A stretch of 64,000 nt of DNA from Vermamoeba vermiformis (Eukaryota): positions 1-64,000 of the forward strand of contig JBEWZL010000095.1 of NCBI GenBank assembly GCA_045837725.1, read 5' to 3'. A program made the translations under genes and the position numbers. This document shows, in pieces, positions 1 through 13,203 of this stretch (within the stretch, counting starts at the first letter, position 1; the number at the start of each line of letters is the position of its first letter). Below the pieces are notes generated by a model. It made no database searches. It saw only the letters and a program-made list of their open reading frames with translations, and had not been told where the DNA came from.

Positions 1-1271
1 GGCTCAATCGCTGATGCCAAAAGGATCGTCCAACAATTGCCGTATTTAGTAGATTTACACTACATAAACGATAGAGATCAGACAGACGACGCGTTCGATT
101 TGGTGAAGGAGCTATCACATCTGACAAATTTGTTCGTGTACTATACTGAATGGAATGCGGCGAAAGAAGAAAGCACGAAGTCTCTTTCGAATTTGAAGCA
201 AGTAACTTGGATTTCACATTCTGGCACTGTGGAGGCATCATTAAAGTACATGACGGCACTAGAACAGTTAAATACATCAATTTCCTTTCACTCGGTTACC
301 AGCACGCATATAACGTCTTTAGTCATTTGGGAACACGCAATCAAGTCAACGGTGGAGAATCACGTAAAATTTTGCAAATTGAAAAGCTTGTCAGTAACGT
401 TCGATGAAGAGGCTCCACCCTTTGGGGAGGCACTTGCATCGTTCACAGCACTTGAAAGTTTAACGCTCAGGAACTGTTCAGATGAGCACTGCGATGCGAT
501 CAACACCTTGGTGAAGTCAACCAACTTGATAGACCTTCAACTTTGCCACTGCAAATTACCTCCGCTTTCTTTTACTTCGCTGACCAAGCTTGCACTCGAC
601 GATGTGAGCGGAGATTGCGGAGGTTTGAGCAATTTGGTTTATTTGACTCGGTTAGATGTGTCCTCTGAGAGTCTCCAAGGCACGCTTTCGGCTCCGCTGA
701 CCAATGTCAAATGCTTGGTGTGGCGTTGCAGTAAAGCGAATGTAGATCTCCGTCTACTCACAAGTCTCGAGTACTTGGACTTGTCGTTGAACAACTCGAG
801 CATGTTGACGGGCCTCGAAAGAGCAACGAATCTGACAAATCTGACACTTGCTTCACAAGAAAATATCGTCGTGGATTTTGGATTCTTAAAGAATTTGACG
901 GTGATGAAAGATCTTTGCATTGCAAACATTATATGCCAGAATCTTTGGCAGCACTTGGCTGGCTTAAAAAACCTCAGATCCCTCGAAGTGCCCCGGATGG
1001 AGCGAGAAGAACAAGTCTTGTTGTTAACGAATATGACCGCTTTGCGGCATTTAAAAACAACGGCGCAGTATGTCAAAGGTAAGGACATATTTAGCTATCA
1101 CAGTACGGCACGCTCCTGACTAACCCAATCACTATTACAGGTGTGCATTTGACGCTATTGACATCACTGCAAACCCTTGAGTTTAGGTCTAATCTGGCGG
1201 CACAAACTATTTCGGTCGACAAACTGTACAGCGCTTTGACGAGTTTGGAATCGCATGAGTTCGGCCGGTGA
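1..1271 (+). CDS. Leucine-rich repeat protein, 5' end outside the window; exons 1-1078 and 1141-1271
   Basis: Frame is open from base 1. Repeated LxxLxxLxL units (LTSLEYLDLS, LKNLRSLEV). Intron 1079-1140 (GTAAGG...CTGACTAAC...ACAG) splices in frame to another LRR (LLTSLQTLEF), ending TGA at 1269-1271. Confidence 0.8.
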
Positions 1272-1727
1272 TCAAAATTTCTTTGTCCAATTTGGGGGTT
1301 GTCGCGTTGTTAATAAGATAAAGCTGACTTCAGTCACTCATGCAATGATGTTTTCTTTTCAGCGAGGTTTTGTATTCACTTGCCACATCCTCTTGAAACG
1401 TCAGGACAGATCGACGTTATTTTACAGTGTCAGTAAACCAACGGATCGTAGTAAGCAATTATTTTACAGAATTATTTTACGTTTGTTATTGCTAAAAGCG
1501 AATTTAGGGTCCAGATCTGGTTTGTCTGACGAAAAAAAATTAAAAAATAAACCTGCGGGTCAAAAATTACTAAAATTCAAGTGAGTATGCTTCAAGCAAC
1601 GCGTAGAAACTATATACAAAATTAGAGTAATTTTTGGACCGGTTTTTGGAAGCGATCTGATCTAACCCGGTTTTTCTTCCTTAGTGATGTAAATAAAGGG
1701 CAAAACCGAGTACTCAAAAGTGATATA

Positions 1728-2537
1728 ATGCATCAAATCGAGAAAAATGATGACGATGGCTCTACCAAACGAGTTCTAGCACCAGATACCGATCAGCCCA
1801 AGCTGCAGAAGGTTTTGGCCCAAGCAGGCGTTGGATCTCGTCGGGGAGTCGAGCAATTGATTGAAGAAGGACGTGTCACAGTCAACGGCGAGATAGCACA
1901 CACAGCACAACGAGTGCTAGTTACAGATCGGATCGCAGTCGACGGCAAGCTCATCAGAGTGCGTGTGGATGAATTACCAACGCGCGTTATTGCCTATTAC
2001 AAACCTCTGGGCGAAGTCGTCACACGCAACGATCCACAACAACGACCGACAGTATTCAACGCGCTGCCCAAGCTGCGTGAAGGCAAGTGGCAGAACGTTG
2101 GCCGATTGGACATTAACAGCGAAGGACTCTTGTTGTTCACCACATCAGGTGATCTCGCCAATCAGCTCATGCATCCACGCTTTGGCATTGATCGCGAGTA
2201 CGAAGTGCGCGTGTTTGGCACGCTAGAAGACAGCGCACGTGCCAAGTTATTGAAGGGCGTGATGATCGACGGACAGCTGGCCTCGTTCACGAGTGTCACG
2301 GACAGTGGCGGCTCAGGCATGAACAAATGGTACCGCGTGGTCATCAACGAAGGACGCAACCGTGAAGTGCGAAAGCTGTTCGACGCTGTTGGGTTGCAAG
2401 TCAGCCGACTCATTCGCATTCGGTACGGCAGCGTAGTACTCCCGCGTGACTTGGATAAAGGCGCGTGGTTCGAGCTCAGAGACAAAGATATCACTGTGCT
2501 ACGAAATAGCATTGAGCAGAGCGGAGACAACAAGTGA
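1728..2537 (+). CDS. rluB: Bacterial-type RsuA-family pseudouridine synthase (RluB-like), intronless
   Basis: S4 domain (KLQKVLAQAGVGSRR...EGRVTVNG), YYKP, catalytic GRLDINSEGLLLFT, LMHPRF and EGRNREVRKLF...VSRLIRIRYG motifs. Confidence 0.9.
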   Translation: MHQIEKNDDDGSTKRVLAPDTDQPKLQKVLAQAGVGSRRGVEQLIEEGRVTVNGEIAHTAQRVLVTDRIAVDGKLIRVRVDELPTRVIAYYKPLGEVVTRNDPQQRPTVFNALPKLREGKWQNVGRLDINSEGLLLFTTSGDLANQLMHPRFGIDREYEVRVFGTLEDSARAKLLKGVMIDGQLASFTSVTDSGGSGMNKWYRVVINEGRNREVRKLFDAVGLQVSRLIRIRYGSVVLPRDLDKGAWFELRDKDITVLRNSIEQSGDNK

Positions 2538-2898
2538 TCTGTAGTAGTGGTGTCATAACTCACCTAATGTTCGGAGGTATCTCCGAAATACGCACCACTT
2601 TCTCCCATACATTTGTACTGGACGTGGGTGTCCACTAATATTTACTTACCGGTACCTTACTTCTGACTTCGTGACCGGTACTTGGCAGCAACAGTGTAAT
2701 AAATGAAGATTTACCTTGGTTATTGTACCAGAATGAGGGCTCGGGCTCGGGAGTTCCTGGAAGAGCAGATTTCCCGGAATTTAGGTCGCCACGTGGCATT
2801 TGTGTGATCTTTTCGGATTTTTTTCTGACGAGAGGCAGACATAAATTGGCGTTCATTTCGCAATCAAAATAGTTAATTATCGACACTAACCATTAGCC

Positions 2899-5800
2899 AT
2901 GGATTTTATGCAGTTCCCCGGCTTCGGCCAACAAAAGGCGCCCAAAGTAGAAACTACCGTTGAGAATCTTTTAAAAGAGGAGACTTGGGCTCGCTTTCAA
3001 TCTCTTGGCGAATGGGTAAAGAAAGGTATTTACTACATTAAGTTTAAAGTTTTTTTGGATCGTTTTTTTGGATCGTTTTGAGATCCGCTTACGAAACCGG
3101 TTCAATTGTACCACAAATATTTTTAAAAATATTACGCGTACTGACGTAGCATCAATGTGAATATATTTTCTCGTTCTGTTGGATGTGACATTTTATTTTA
3201 GTTCCCCAACAGCTACACACGCTTTGGACGAGCAAAAATGCCGCTGAAGTGCATGATGCATTACAAAATCTTGTTAGTGCATTGTTATTAGCACGTAAGA
3301 AAATTACAGAGCCCGAAAATGAAGAAGTGAATGAAGACTCAGAGATCTTACTCGTTGAACTTCTAATTGAAAGTACGTAGTCTTGATAGATCTATGAGGT
3401 AATTAACATCAACGCCATTAATCTTACAGTTATTCGATTTTCGTGGCCGATCCTGAAGAGTGATGCCTTGCAAAAGGGGACGCTTTTTAAACGTACGTTG
3501 AACCATATCAATATCAGTTCACTGAATAACTAGTTATTTAGAGCTTATGATTTTGGCGAATGACTTCGAGATTCCGTCAGATCAACCTTGGGGTGGTCCT
3601 CCATCCCCTGTTCGAGCATTAAGTAAAGCTGCCGAGTTCCTCGATGATCTCTTGGCCAGTGCTAACGGTACGACACTATTTCAATAGTTATTGGGTCTGA
3701 CTGATCGTTTCTTAAGGTGACTTGAACATGTTGCAATGCTGTGCGATGGTCGCGATTCGCTCGGGCATGGCAAGCTCCACGGACAACGACTTGATTGCTA
3801 AGTTAATGCAGCCGTTGACTACTGTCACTGACGACGCTACGAGGTAATAATAGCTCCTGTCACGTTACAGCTGATGGATATAAGTCATTGCTAACATCGT
3901 GTCTTTCAGAGCATGCTTCGTGTACTCCGCGGCTAATTTGGCCAAAGAATCGTTCTTCGTCAAGGAAGAAAAGAGGCAACAACTGGCAGACATTTGCCAC
4001 AACTTCCTCTCGTTACCTGACGTGTCACTCACCAAGTTGATGGCCGCGCTGGTCACTGCCAGAACTCAGACTAATCAAGTATGTTTGCCCTTCGAAGACG
4101 AATGTTTGCTCGAATTGAAGCTAAAAAGGCGCTTTTTAGGCCTCTGCTGACACACTTCATATCTTGGCTGATTATTTGTTGCACTTTGAAGAGTACGAGA
4201 AAATATTCGAGTAAGTTTTCAAATTCTTTGTCGGCTTGTTCCACGATGACTAACTGCTTGTATCATAAGTACTACGCCGTTAGGAAATGTTATGGATCTG
4301 TCTTACGCCATTCGTACGTACAAAGTTCCTGCTCTTGCCTATGACCATTGCTTATCTTTCTTGTGCAGCTAACTTTGTGAGCACGTTGAACCCTGCGAGT
4401 GACATATTCTTCACGCGAGTATTGGAGAATATGAAGGTGCTCAACGCCAAGTCTGATGCGGATTCCATGGCACTCCCGATAGCTGTATTGCTATCGTTCA
4501 ATTATGGCATGAAGGAACCTATTCTGCCGGGCATGAAAGTCATCGATTTGCAGCCACTGTCAGTCAGGTTGTTGCAAGCACTCGTTGAACTCGATCAAGT
4601 TTGGACCAACGAGAAGATCCTCAACTTCATGGAGAAGCGAGGTGTTCCGCTGAAGAAAGAAGCTCTTGCTGAGTTCTTGGCAGACAATGTCGATGATGGC
4701 ACGAAGAGGCTCCCCAAGTTTGCAGGCATCGATCAGATTCCGTGGGACAAGCTGGGTCACGCGTACGGCGAGGCTACGGATGTTCCCGACATTCTGAGAA
4801 TGTTGGCTTCGGTCAATCAAAGAAAGCGCAAACAAGCACAGCACGCTTTGTACGGAAATATCTATCACCAAGGCACCACTTATTCAGGTAATATTCTCAT
4901 TTTTTTTTTATCGACGCTTGGCTAACACTTCTGTCCTTAGCCACACCTTATGCAGTGCCGTACTTGATTGAAATGTTAGAATGTACACTAGTGCAAGACA
5001 AGCCGCACATTTTGATGTACTGCGTCAACTTGCTGGCGAGCTTCACCGAAGGATATTTCTGCAAGAAAACTGGATTTGACGTCAGTGTCGAGTATCCGCT
5101 GAGCAAAGATGAAGGCAACAACGAGAACGAAGAAGAAGGTGAAGGCGAAGGTGGCTACTGCGGCATCAAACACAAGATCGAGCAGCACCTCGTCAATGGA
5201 CTGCCCGTGTTTTTCCAACTGCTGAAAGACCCCAACCCTCAAAGTAAGTACCTTGTACCAGCTTTTGCCGTACTAATTTTTGTTACACAGTTCGCGGCTG
5301 CACAGCTTTCGTTCTGGCGTTCTTGCCACGAGTCGCGGAGCAAACAGTGCCGAAGATCAAAGAACAGTTGCAAGCGGAGACAGACTCGAGTGCGAAGGGC
5401 AGTTTGTTGTTGGCACTTGGCATGCTAATGTCGCGCGTTGCAAGTCACGAAGAGTGTTTGCAATTCTTCAACGCGCAATGGGATCTCGTCAAAACCAGCG
5501 ATGATGAGAGTAAGTCAGTTGATATTTGAACCTACGTCTCGAGAGTATTTAATCACACTTATTTTACAGCGGTGAAGTTCTGTGTTGCAGCATGCGTGTG
5601 CCGATTGTTGATTGGTCAAAAGGCACCAAAATACGCGATGGATCAGCTGCTCAAAGCTGTCGGCAAAGAGGACTCAAATATTGATTATCACGTAAGGACT
5701 TTTATTTAAACGTTTAAGGGAAGTGTATTTTGATTATTGTTTTCAAGGCCTTTGATAATCCTTCGACATTGGCCATGGGCTTAATTACAATTTCGAAGAC

Positions 5801-6175
5801 TGACGACGCCTTGCCGCACATCATTCAGCAGTTCAAAAACACTACGTACGATGACGCTATTAATGCTTTCGTTAAAGTAATGTTCTAATTATGTTCATTA
5901 GAAAAATGTTCGACGTGTTGCCCGTGCTGCGATCGATGCTGTCAATGGCATTCAGATTCGAATTGGAGAACGACAAGCCCATTAATCCTGCAACATTGAA
6001 GCCAGAACAGCTCGAAGTGTTGCAAGCCATTGTGGATCACGGTGACGACCTCGTGTGGGGCTTTGGTAATGCTTCGATGATGTTGAGAGATGAGTTCCAA
6101 CTGCCTGGCGACAAAGACCGTTTGATTGAGTTCATTGAAAAAGCCAAGGCCAGCAAAGATGTCATGGAAATGTAA
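2899..6175 (+). CDS. Multi-exon alpha-helical HEAT/ARM-like protein with a bacterial-type W..L.HAYG domain
   Basis: ATG at 2899, more than 10 GT-AG introns, stop at 6175. Central exons encode GIDQIPWDKLGHAYGEATDVPDILRML...LYGNIYHQGTTYS|ATPYAVPYLIEML. Several exon boundaries are approximate. Confidence 0.7.
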
Positions 6176-6657
6176 ATGGAGTAAAGCAAAGGGCGATTCA
6201 AAATGTGAGTCATTTGTCCAGGAGATTTCCAAGGCGAGTGCCTTCGGACCAACGCCAAAAAGAAATTTTTGGTTATTCGATATTCCTTTCTTTCTTTGAG
6301 GCAAACACAACAACCCTTAATCTTTTCGTGCGTGAATTTTAGCTTCATCTTCTCGTATGCGAGCCCGAACAGTTGCATGCCTAGAAACGGCTCCGGTTTG
6401 TGCAAGATGAATCTTCATCCTGGATGGCATAATTTAATTAAAGCAGTGGTTCGCAATTCTATCTCTTTTCGTTTTGTTTTTTTGGCTGATCTATTTTGTG
6501 GCTATTTTTAACGCTGCTCGTTTCATTTTTATTTCCTAAGCAGGAGTTCAAACTTAACAAAGCAAAACCAGGGATTTCAAGAAGAACCAGCGCGAATAAC
6601 ATAAATAAAAGATGTTTTGGGGTTCTTTGCAACTAATCCGACATTTGAGCCACAAAA

Positions 6658-7325
6658 ATGAGGTAAGGCAGCCAAAAAGGGCACTCAAAATTTTCGCTTA
6701 TAATTTATTAGCAATCCGGGCACTCCTTACGCATGCGATTTGGGTTTGTGTTACCAAACAGATGCATCCCGCACTTACGAAAAAGAAAAAAACGGTAAGT
6801 TTTGATTGGTCATTACAAATCAAAATTTTACTGGCAATTTCAATGTATTAATGTAAATTAGATTTTGACACCGCATCTGCTTTCGAAGACGAGGTTGGTA
6901 CCAATTACAGCGCATTTTCTCCAAGTGAAGACAGCGATGCGAGCGCCAACAGTAATGAGACTGCTTCTCCGCAAGAATTTTCCGAAACTTCCATGCCTCC
7001 TGCCGTCAATCGAGTAGAAGACGCGTTCAATTTCGCTGTCGCAATGAGGACTTACGGTGGTGCATTCGACTATCTCGCGATGATCGAAGCCTATTTGTCG
7101 ACAATGCCAGGTCAATTTAGCGACGTCACAATCCCCGCACACGCTTTACACGAATTTGCTCGTCGCGTACATGCGATTGTCTTTTGCTTTAACAATCCTG
7201 GAACTCCAGACTGGCGCGTGACAAGATTATGGACTTGGCCTTTACTCGAATTGCATTTGCAACAACAAGGCTGGATTCGCCAAAATGTTACCGAGCACGA
7301 AATCGTATTGCGCCAGTATTATTGA
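6658..7325 (+). CDS. Hypothetical protein, 3 exons
   Basis: ATG AG|gtaagg; exon 6712-6794 |gtaagt; acceptor at 6861. Splicing keeps the frame into the 6993-7325 ORF. No recognisable domain. Confidence 0.55.
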
Positions 7326-7578
7326 GTAGAGATTAAAACAATAAAATTAAAAAGTATTAGATATTATATTAATAAAAAGTAAAAATTACTGATTTAATGT
7401 TTATTCATTTACCAATGTTTAATCATTAATTATATCATTATATATACTTAAAATTAGAATAGCTCGTGTGCTCTTTTGCGAAAAGTAGGGTCAGTTTAAG
7501 CGCACGTTCGGAATGGTAGCCAGAATGAAAAAGGACAACTCCAAATTGAGACTTTTAATTACTTAAATGAACATGCAC

Positions 7579-8144
7579 TCAGTAATAAGTGAATGGTTTT
7601 TTTGGGGTAAATACGAAGTACTTTTCTCCGTCGCGCAGCGCAATCGTGCAATCGTAGCCATCTTGGTTGCGCGTAATGCACTCGCGCAAACTCGTCCAGT
7701 TTCGCTGACGTTTCGTCGAATAATTTTTGTGACAGATCCGCAATTGATAGCACCAGCGCACCAGCGCTTCTTTGGTGGTTTTGTCCGTGACCTTGATGCG
7801 TATAGTCCCGTCTTCTGCCATCAAACCGAGTTTGAAGGCGACAGCCCGAAAAGTCTCCTCCATCTGCACCGTTGTAGTGACTTTGGCTCGATGCTGCGCG
7901 GGATTTTCTGATTTAGATAGGCTTTTGGCAACACTTAGTCGCTCCGTTATAGTTTCGATTAGTTGAGCTTCGAGCGCAGAATTATTTGCTAATACAACGA
8001 AAGTAAATATAACATCTTGAGTGGCCAAAAATTCACTTACCAATAGGCGAGAAAGATGTTTCGCTATCAGTGAAATTGTTGCTAAGGTGCAATCAGAAAA
8101 AATAGAGAACAATTAGAAAAATAATGTTAAACTTACGAATCCAT
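7579..8144 (-). CDS. Hypothetical protein, 3 exons
   Basis: ATG at 8144; two GTAAGT introns splice in frame (MDSNNFTDSETSFSPIANNSALEAQ...) into the 7579 ORF. Confidence 0.55.
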
Positions 8145-8858
8145 TTCGAGTTAACTCGTGTGCCAAGTGTTGTAATTGCGGTAGGTATGTAACTAATATT
8201 TGATAAATTTTCTTTTCTTCACTTATCCTGTTTCAATTCTAGAAGTGTCTAGATTTCGTGCTTTTGATCCCATAAAGCTGGAAACTGGAGTATACTGTCC
8301 GTGGGCAACTTGTTCGAATTTTGTCTTGCTACTTAATTAATTCAGCCTGAATTCCGAGCCTCGGAGGCTGTTCCGAGGTTTTTCGGTGGATCAGAATTGA
8401 TTCTTGTCCTTCGATTTTTCATTCTACAGATCTGCCATGCGTACTGACCGCACAAGATTATTTTGCATGAGATATCTATGTAAGAAGCACAGCTTGGTCA
8501 TGAGGGAAAGAACCCGGAAAGCACCCAAATCCATGGCGCTGGTGCAAGCTTAGGATCTAATTCAGCCGTGGTATCATCATTGGGGCTTGGAAAAAAATGG
8601 CTTGTCATTTGATTTGGCAAATCAAAAATTGGCTTCGGCAATCGTCCTACGATGAGGCCAATTGCCCAGTTCAGTTTTTCCGCCACAAACAGCTACAAGC
8701 GCAATTCTGCACCAGTGGCGTTGCAAGTTTAACGCATGTATGCATAGGGTATCACAGAATAAAAGGAATGAGTTTCGTATTTTGGTAGCGTTTCGATGGA
8801 TTTACCTTTTTATGTCTTTTGACACTTATACAACAACCACAAGTCGCTTCAGAAAAGA

Positions 8859-10345
8859 ATGGATTTAAATACCGAAAAAACTTTAGGCAAACGCAAAAGA
8901 GAGGATTTGGGCCAAGAGGAGAGCCATATGAGGTAACAAAATCTCTCGTGCTTTAAGGCGAAACTTGATGATTCTTTGACGTCTTTTTTTTCTTCACCTG
9001 TGTATAATATGCTTCCGAGCATATTAATTAATACACTTGCTAATTACCAATTGTCCAGCAAAACGGAAACATTGCAAATTCCCCTTTATGGCATTAGGAT
9101 TGCGTATCTATCGGCAAAACAGATAGGCAACTTTAATAAGAAAGAGGAATTAGCTCATGCGATTCTCAACAAAGCGGAAATTGCACCGAATCCGCTGCGG
9201 GTGAAGATGCGCAGTACTATTTATTTACTTATAAACACGCAGGCTCGACTTTCCATCAAGAAAACAACCCCTTTACGCGGAACAAAACCCCTTACAGTTC
9301 CAATGGAGACGACGATGGAGCATAACGAGGGAACTATTTACAAGTTATATTTTCCAAAACAGGCAGCAGAGCATCAGTTAGAGTGGTTAAGAGTGGACGA
9401 CAATGCAGTAATAGCAACATTAAATATTATAGTACTTGAGCCGCCCAAAGAGTTGAGCCCCGACGAAAAGCTAGAAGCTTTTCAAGTCGATCTGACTGAA
9501 AAGCGCTTGCATGAATTCGTTTCTCTATCGCATGAACAAGCTCCTTTTAATAATACAAACCACGACTATGAGTAAGTAATGGATTTTTTTCGAAACACAA
9601 GATTTAAATCGAATTTAATTAGGGAAATCCATGACCTTAATCCTGAGATCTGCAACGGGTAAGAAACTTTGCTAAAATACTTTATGCAGTTAATATATGT
9701 TTCTTTAGATATCCGTATCCTTTCCCGACGGATTGGAAAGGCGGAACAATTCCGCTGAATTCGCATACTAATGCGCTTGTTTCTCCGGATCAAGAGCACT
9801 CTGTCGATACTTCAATGCTATCACACGAAAGTGGGTCAAGAATTAACTTGTTGATAATACTTGACACGCCATTGGTCGAACTGATTGTTAAGATCTTGGC
9901 TGATCAAGGCTTTCTTACAAATATGCTCAGCGAAGGTCGCGTGCAGTGCTGGCGCTCGTCACTACGCTCCATAACGGCGCGAATTCTGTTGTTCCCTTTG
10001 CGGAGTCTTACTGACTTGTACGATCTGTCGTTGTTCTGGGGAACTGCTCGTGAGACATTGCTGTTGATAGAACAGAACCACAATTCTCTGGTATTGGCTC
10101 TGGAACGAATCACTCTTGGCCCGACCGTATTGGCGCAATTTAAAGAGTCGTTTGGTTTAATATCTTCTGGTGAAGCTGATATCTCAAAGTTCGACGCCAA
10201 GTGGAGCTCGCTGTTTTGGCTCATCGCACGGAAATTCTCCGATAAGTCACATGCAATTAATGTTGTAGCAGTGACGCGCCCTATGCCAGTGGATCATCCG
10301 TTACTCTCTCAGTATTTGACAATTACGATTTGCATGTCGCTGTAA
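8859..10345 (+). CDS. Hypothetical multi-exon protein with an NLS-like N-terminal GKRKR
   Basis: MDLNTEKTLGKRKRE then a gtaac donor; the ORF pieces 8976-9575 and 9815-10345 can be joined through short introns. Confidence 0.5.
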
Positions 10346-10376
10346 TCTTGCGTTGTGTACTAAAGTAGTAGTTTTA

Positions 10377-12746
10377 CTAAACGACTTTGCGAATGGTCCA
10401 ATTGTCAAACAACCTGTTCAAAATCTTGTCGTAATTTCGTCCCGGAATGTACTTGAAAATGTGTAGCCAGACGTCGTGGGGAAATATTTGCAAAGATTGA
10501 CGTGCGTGGTGACGTGCAATGTTGAACAGGGTCACGATCAGATCGTTGTGGTACGTCCGTTGAATCGTCTTGTTTCTCGAAGTGTATTCATGAAGGAGTG
10601 GTTCATGAACGATGTCTGCCGTGACTGATATTTCCATTTTAGTAAGTGTAGTATTGGCGGTAAATAGTTCATGAATGACAGCTGATAATTCATCGTCGGA
10701 GAATTTGTGTTGCGAGTCGTTGATCTTCAAAGAGAATTGTTGCAAAGTTTCGTTTGACTTGAGGGCCTGCAATAAGCGCGTGACTTCCTTGTTTGGAAAT
10801 CGAAATCCGCTCACTTGCAACCGTTTGAGCGTGGTGTTAAATTTCAAAGATTCACTGAACGGCGTCAAGTCACTGTCAAGCTGTCCGATACTGAGTTCGG
10901 TTAAAGTCTTGTCGCTCGTCAATAATTTTTGCAAAGACTCCATTCCTTTTTTGGAAATATTTTGCTGCAATGAGACACTAGTAATTGTCTTGTTCATGAA
11001 CAGCTGATCAATCACGTGCTCGAGAAGACTGCCTGCACGTTCCTCGGCACATCCAAAAAAGGCAATTTCTTTAAGAGTCTTGTTGTTCTTCATTATTTCT
11101 ATAACAGGCAAAGGGTCCGAAATTTCACATTCACTGAACACCACGGACGTAATAAATTTGAATTTTCCGCTGCTGAGTCTTTCGTAAATAAATCGTGTTT
11201 CGCTTGGCTTCTCCTGGCTGCAGCACGAGTTAAATTCTAAAATTAACTTCGTGAGCCTGGTGCTGGTCTCGAGCACGTGATTCATCATTGCAATTCTTTT
11301 CGGTGAAATATTCGCAAAGTATCTGGCACACAAGACAATCGATTGGACTTTGGTCTGCGGGTCCAGCAGTGATTTGCAGAGCTGTTCATGAACGAGATCC
11401 GTGCCAGGGAAATCATGCGTTGTAAAGATTTTCATATTAATCGCGCAGTCTTTGCCGCACTCCATCGCCAATTGGGCATAAAAATTATTGCTGGCGATCA
11501 GCTGCAAGGGTTGTTAGAGACATAACCAAATTTGGTAATATGGTTTTGTTTACCTTGCCGGTACGTGTGTCCCAAGTCAGAAATTCTTGGAAATTTGAAC
11601 GAGTTTGTGGCAGAGTATGAAACCGATGGTAATATTCTTCAAATGGAAATGTCGTGCCGCTCTGGTCTTCTTGCTGCGTAACGGAAAATACAAAAATTAA
11701 TTTAAAATCATAATGAGGATATTATTATTAATCATTCATACTCTGAATAAATCATTGATTTTCACTGAAACGTTAATCCCCTTCGCTTGTTCTTTGGCCA
11801 GGTCCTGCAACAAAATCTTTCTCGTTGGGCCTTCATTTTCATGAATGACTCGCTCATTGGCATCAATAATCGCGTACTTGTATCTAGCAGGACTATATTA
11901 ATACTGCATCCTATTTCATAAATTTAACTCACTCTAGCGGAAATTTGCTTGGCGCTACAAAACAGTCCAATTCCCATTTGAGCACCGTGTACTGCATGGT
12001 CTTGCCGCGTAACGGGTCCCAACTACCGTAGTAAATTAATATATGATTCATATTAATTATGTAATACGTACTTTCCAAGAAAATTATTGTTTCCAAAGAT
12101 GACTACGCGACAACTTGGATGTGGTACAGTTGCTTTGACAACAAATTGAACTTGAATAGCGTCTTTAGGAGGTTCTAATCCATGAAATATATTAATATGA
12201 CACGTTTATAACAATATTTCCTCACTTACTGCCAAGCTGTTTTTTCTTTTCCTCCGATCGCCCAACGAGTTTTTCAATCTGGATCAACCAAGGCTCTGGC
12301 ATACCACTGTTGTATTCCTGGAGTATATTATCATATAAGTAACTATTTTATAGCTAAAAAGTGTCCTTACATTGTATTCATCAATTATTTGGATTAGTTT
12401 TCGTCCAGGCAAGATAAGCAACGTTCGATCGAGTTGTTCTTGTTCATAGCAAAGATTAAGGTGCGAGATATATTTATATTTAATCGTCATCTCGGATTTT
12501 TTCGTCATTGTGAGTTTAATAGAGCCTTCAAAAGCGCCATCCGTTGCTGGTGTCAATTTCAGAGCTCGATCCAGACGTCCTTTTCCAAGCTCGATTATAT
12601 CTCCCGTCACAAATAAATTGCTCTTCTCCGGGGCAGTAACATGAAAGCGAATTGTGATGTCACCTGCAGAATTTTGAATCAGATCTAGAGTTCGAAATTG
12701 CTTTTACAATTTAGTACTAGATTGAATTACCTGAATTAGCTTCCAT
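10377..12746 (-). CDS. Tandem CBM20 (DPE2-like) + RNI-like LRR + C-terminal F-box-like motif
   Basis: Spliced CBM20-1: ITIRFHVTAPEKSNLFVTGDIIELG...IKYKY. CBM20-2: IQVQFVV...VVIFGNNNFLGNWDP...WELDCFVAPSKFPLEYKY. LRRs: LKFNTTLKRL, LKSNETLQQF, ANTTLTKM. C-terminus: IFPHDVWLHIFKYI. Confidence 0.75.
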
Positions 12747-13203
12747 ATTTAGTCTTATGCTCTGGTGTATCGTTGGATATATTTTAAAAATTATTCAAAG
12801 CAAAATTATCTGCGGGGCAGAAAAATGCAGGAACGCTTGTGGAACTGCAAGCACTGAAAATCTAGTCGTCTTAGGTGTAGTGTCATTGATCGGCAATACG
12901 TTATTGGTATCGATTCCAGTTGTACCACCTTCTGTTCTAGTCTGTTTTAATAAAGAATAATTTCTTTTTCCGAAGAAGTACGAGCAAGCTAATTTGTATA
13001 CGCGGTATTTTCGAACAATACCTCTATCGATTGTCCTTCGAGTTAGGTAGCATTACTAATAAATAGAAAGAGACATCAGATCCTCGAATAACAATGTGTT
13101 TTGTAAAGGAAGAAACTACGACGTATTTATAATTAGAATTTTATTGTTTGTCGCTGGAAATATTTAATAAATGTAGAGGTACTATCTCACAATAACATTA
13201 CGC

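Noticed and set aside
7579-7760. Winged-helix (HSF/IRF-like) resemblance in KRQRNWTSLRECI
   Set aside because: Too short and weak to support without a profile search.
9716-9724. GTATCCTTT resembling a U12-type 5' splice site
   Set aside because: It lies inside an in-frame exon (YPYPFP), and no U12 branch point was found downstream.
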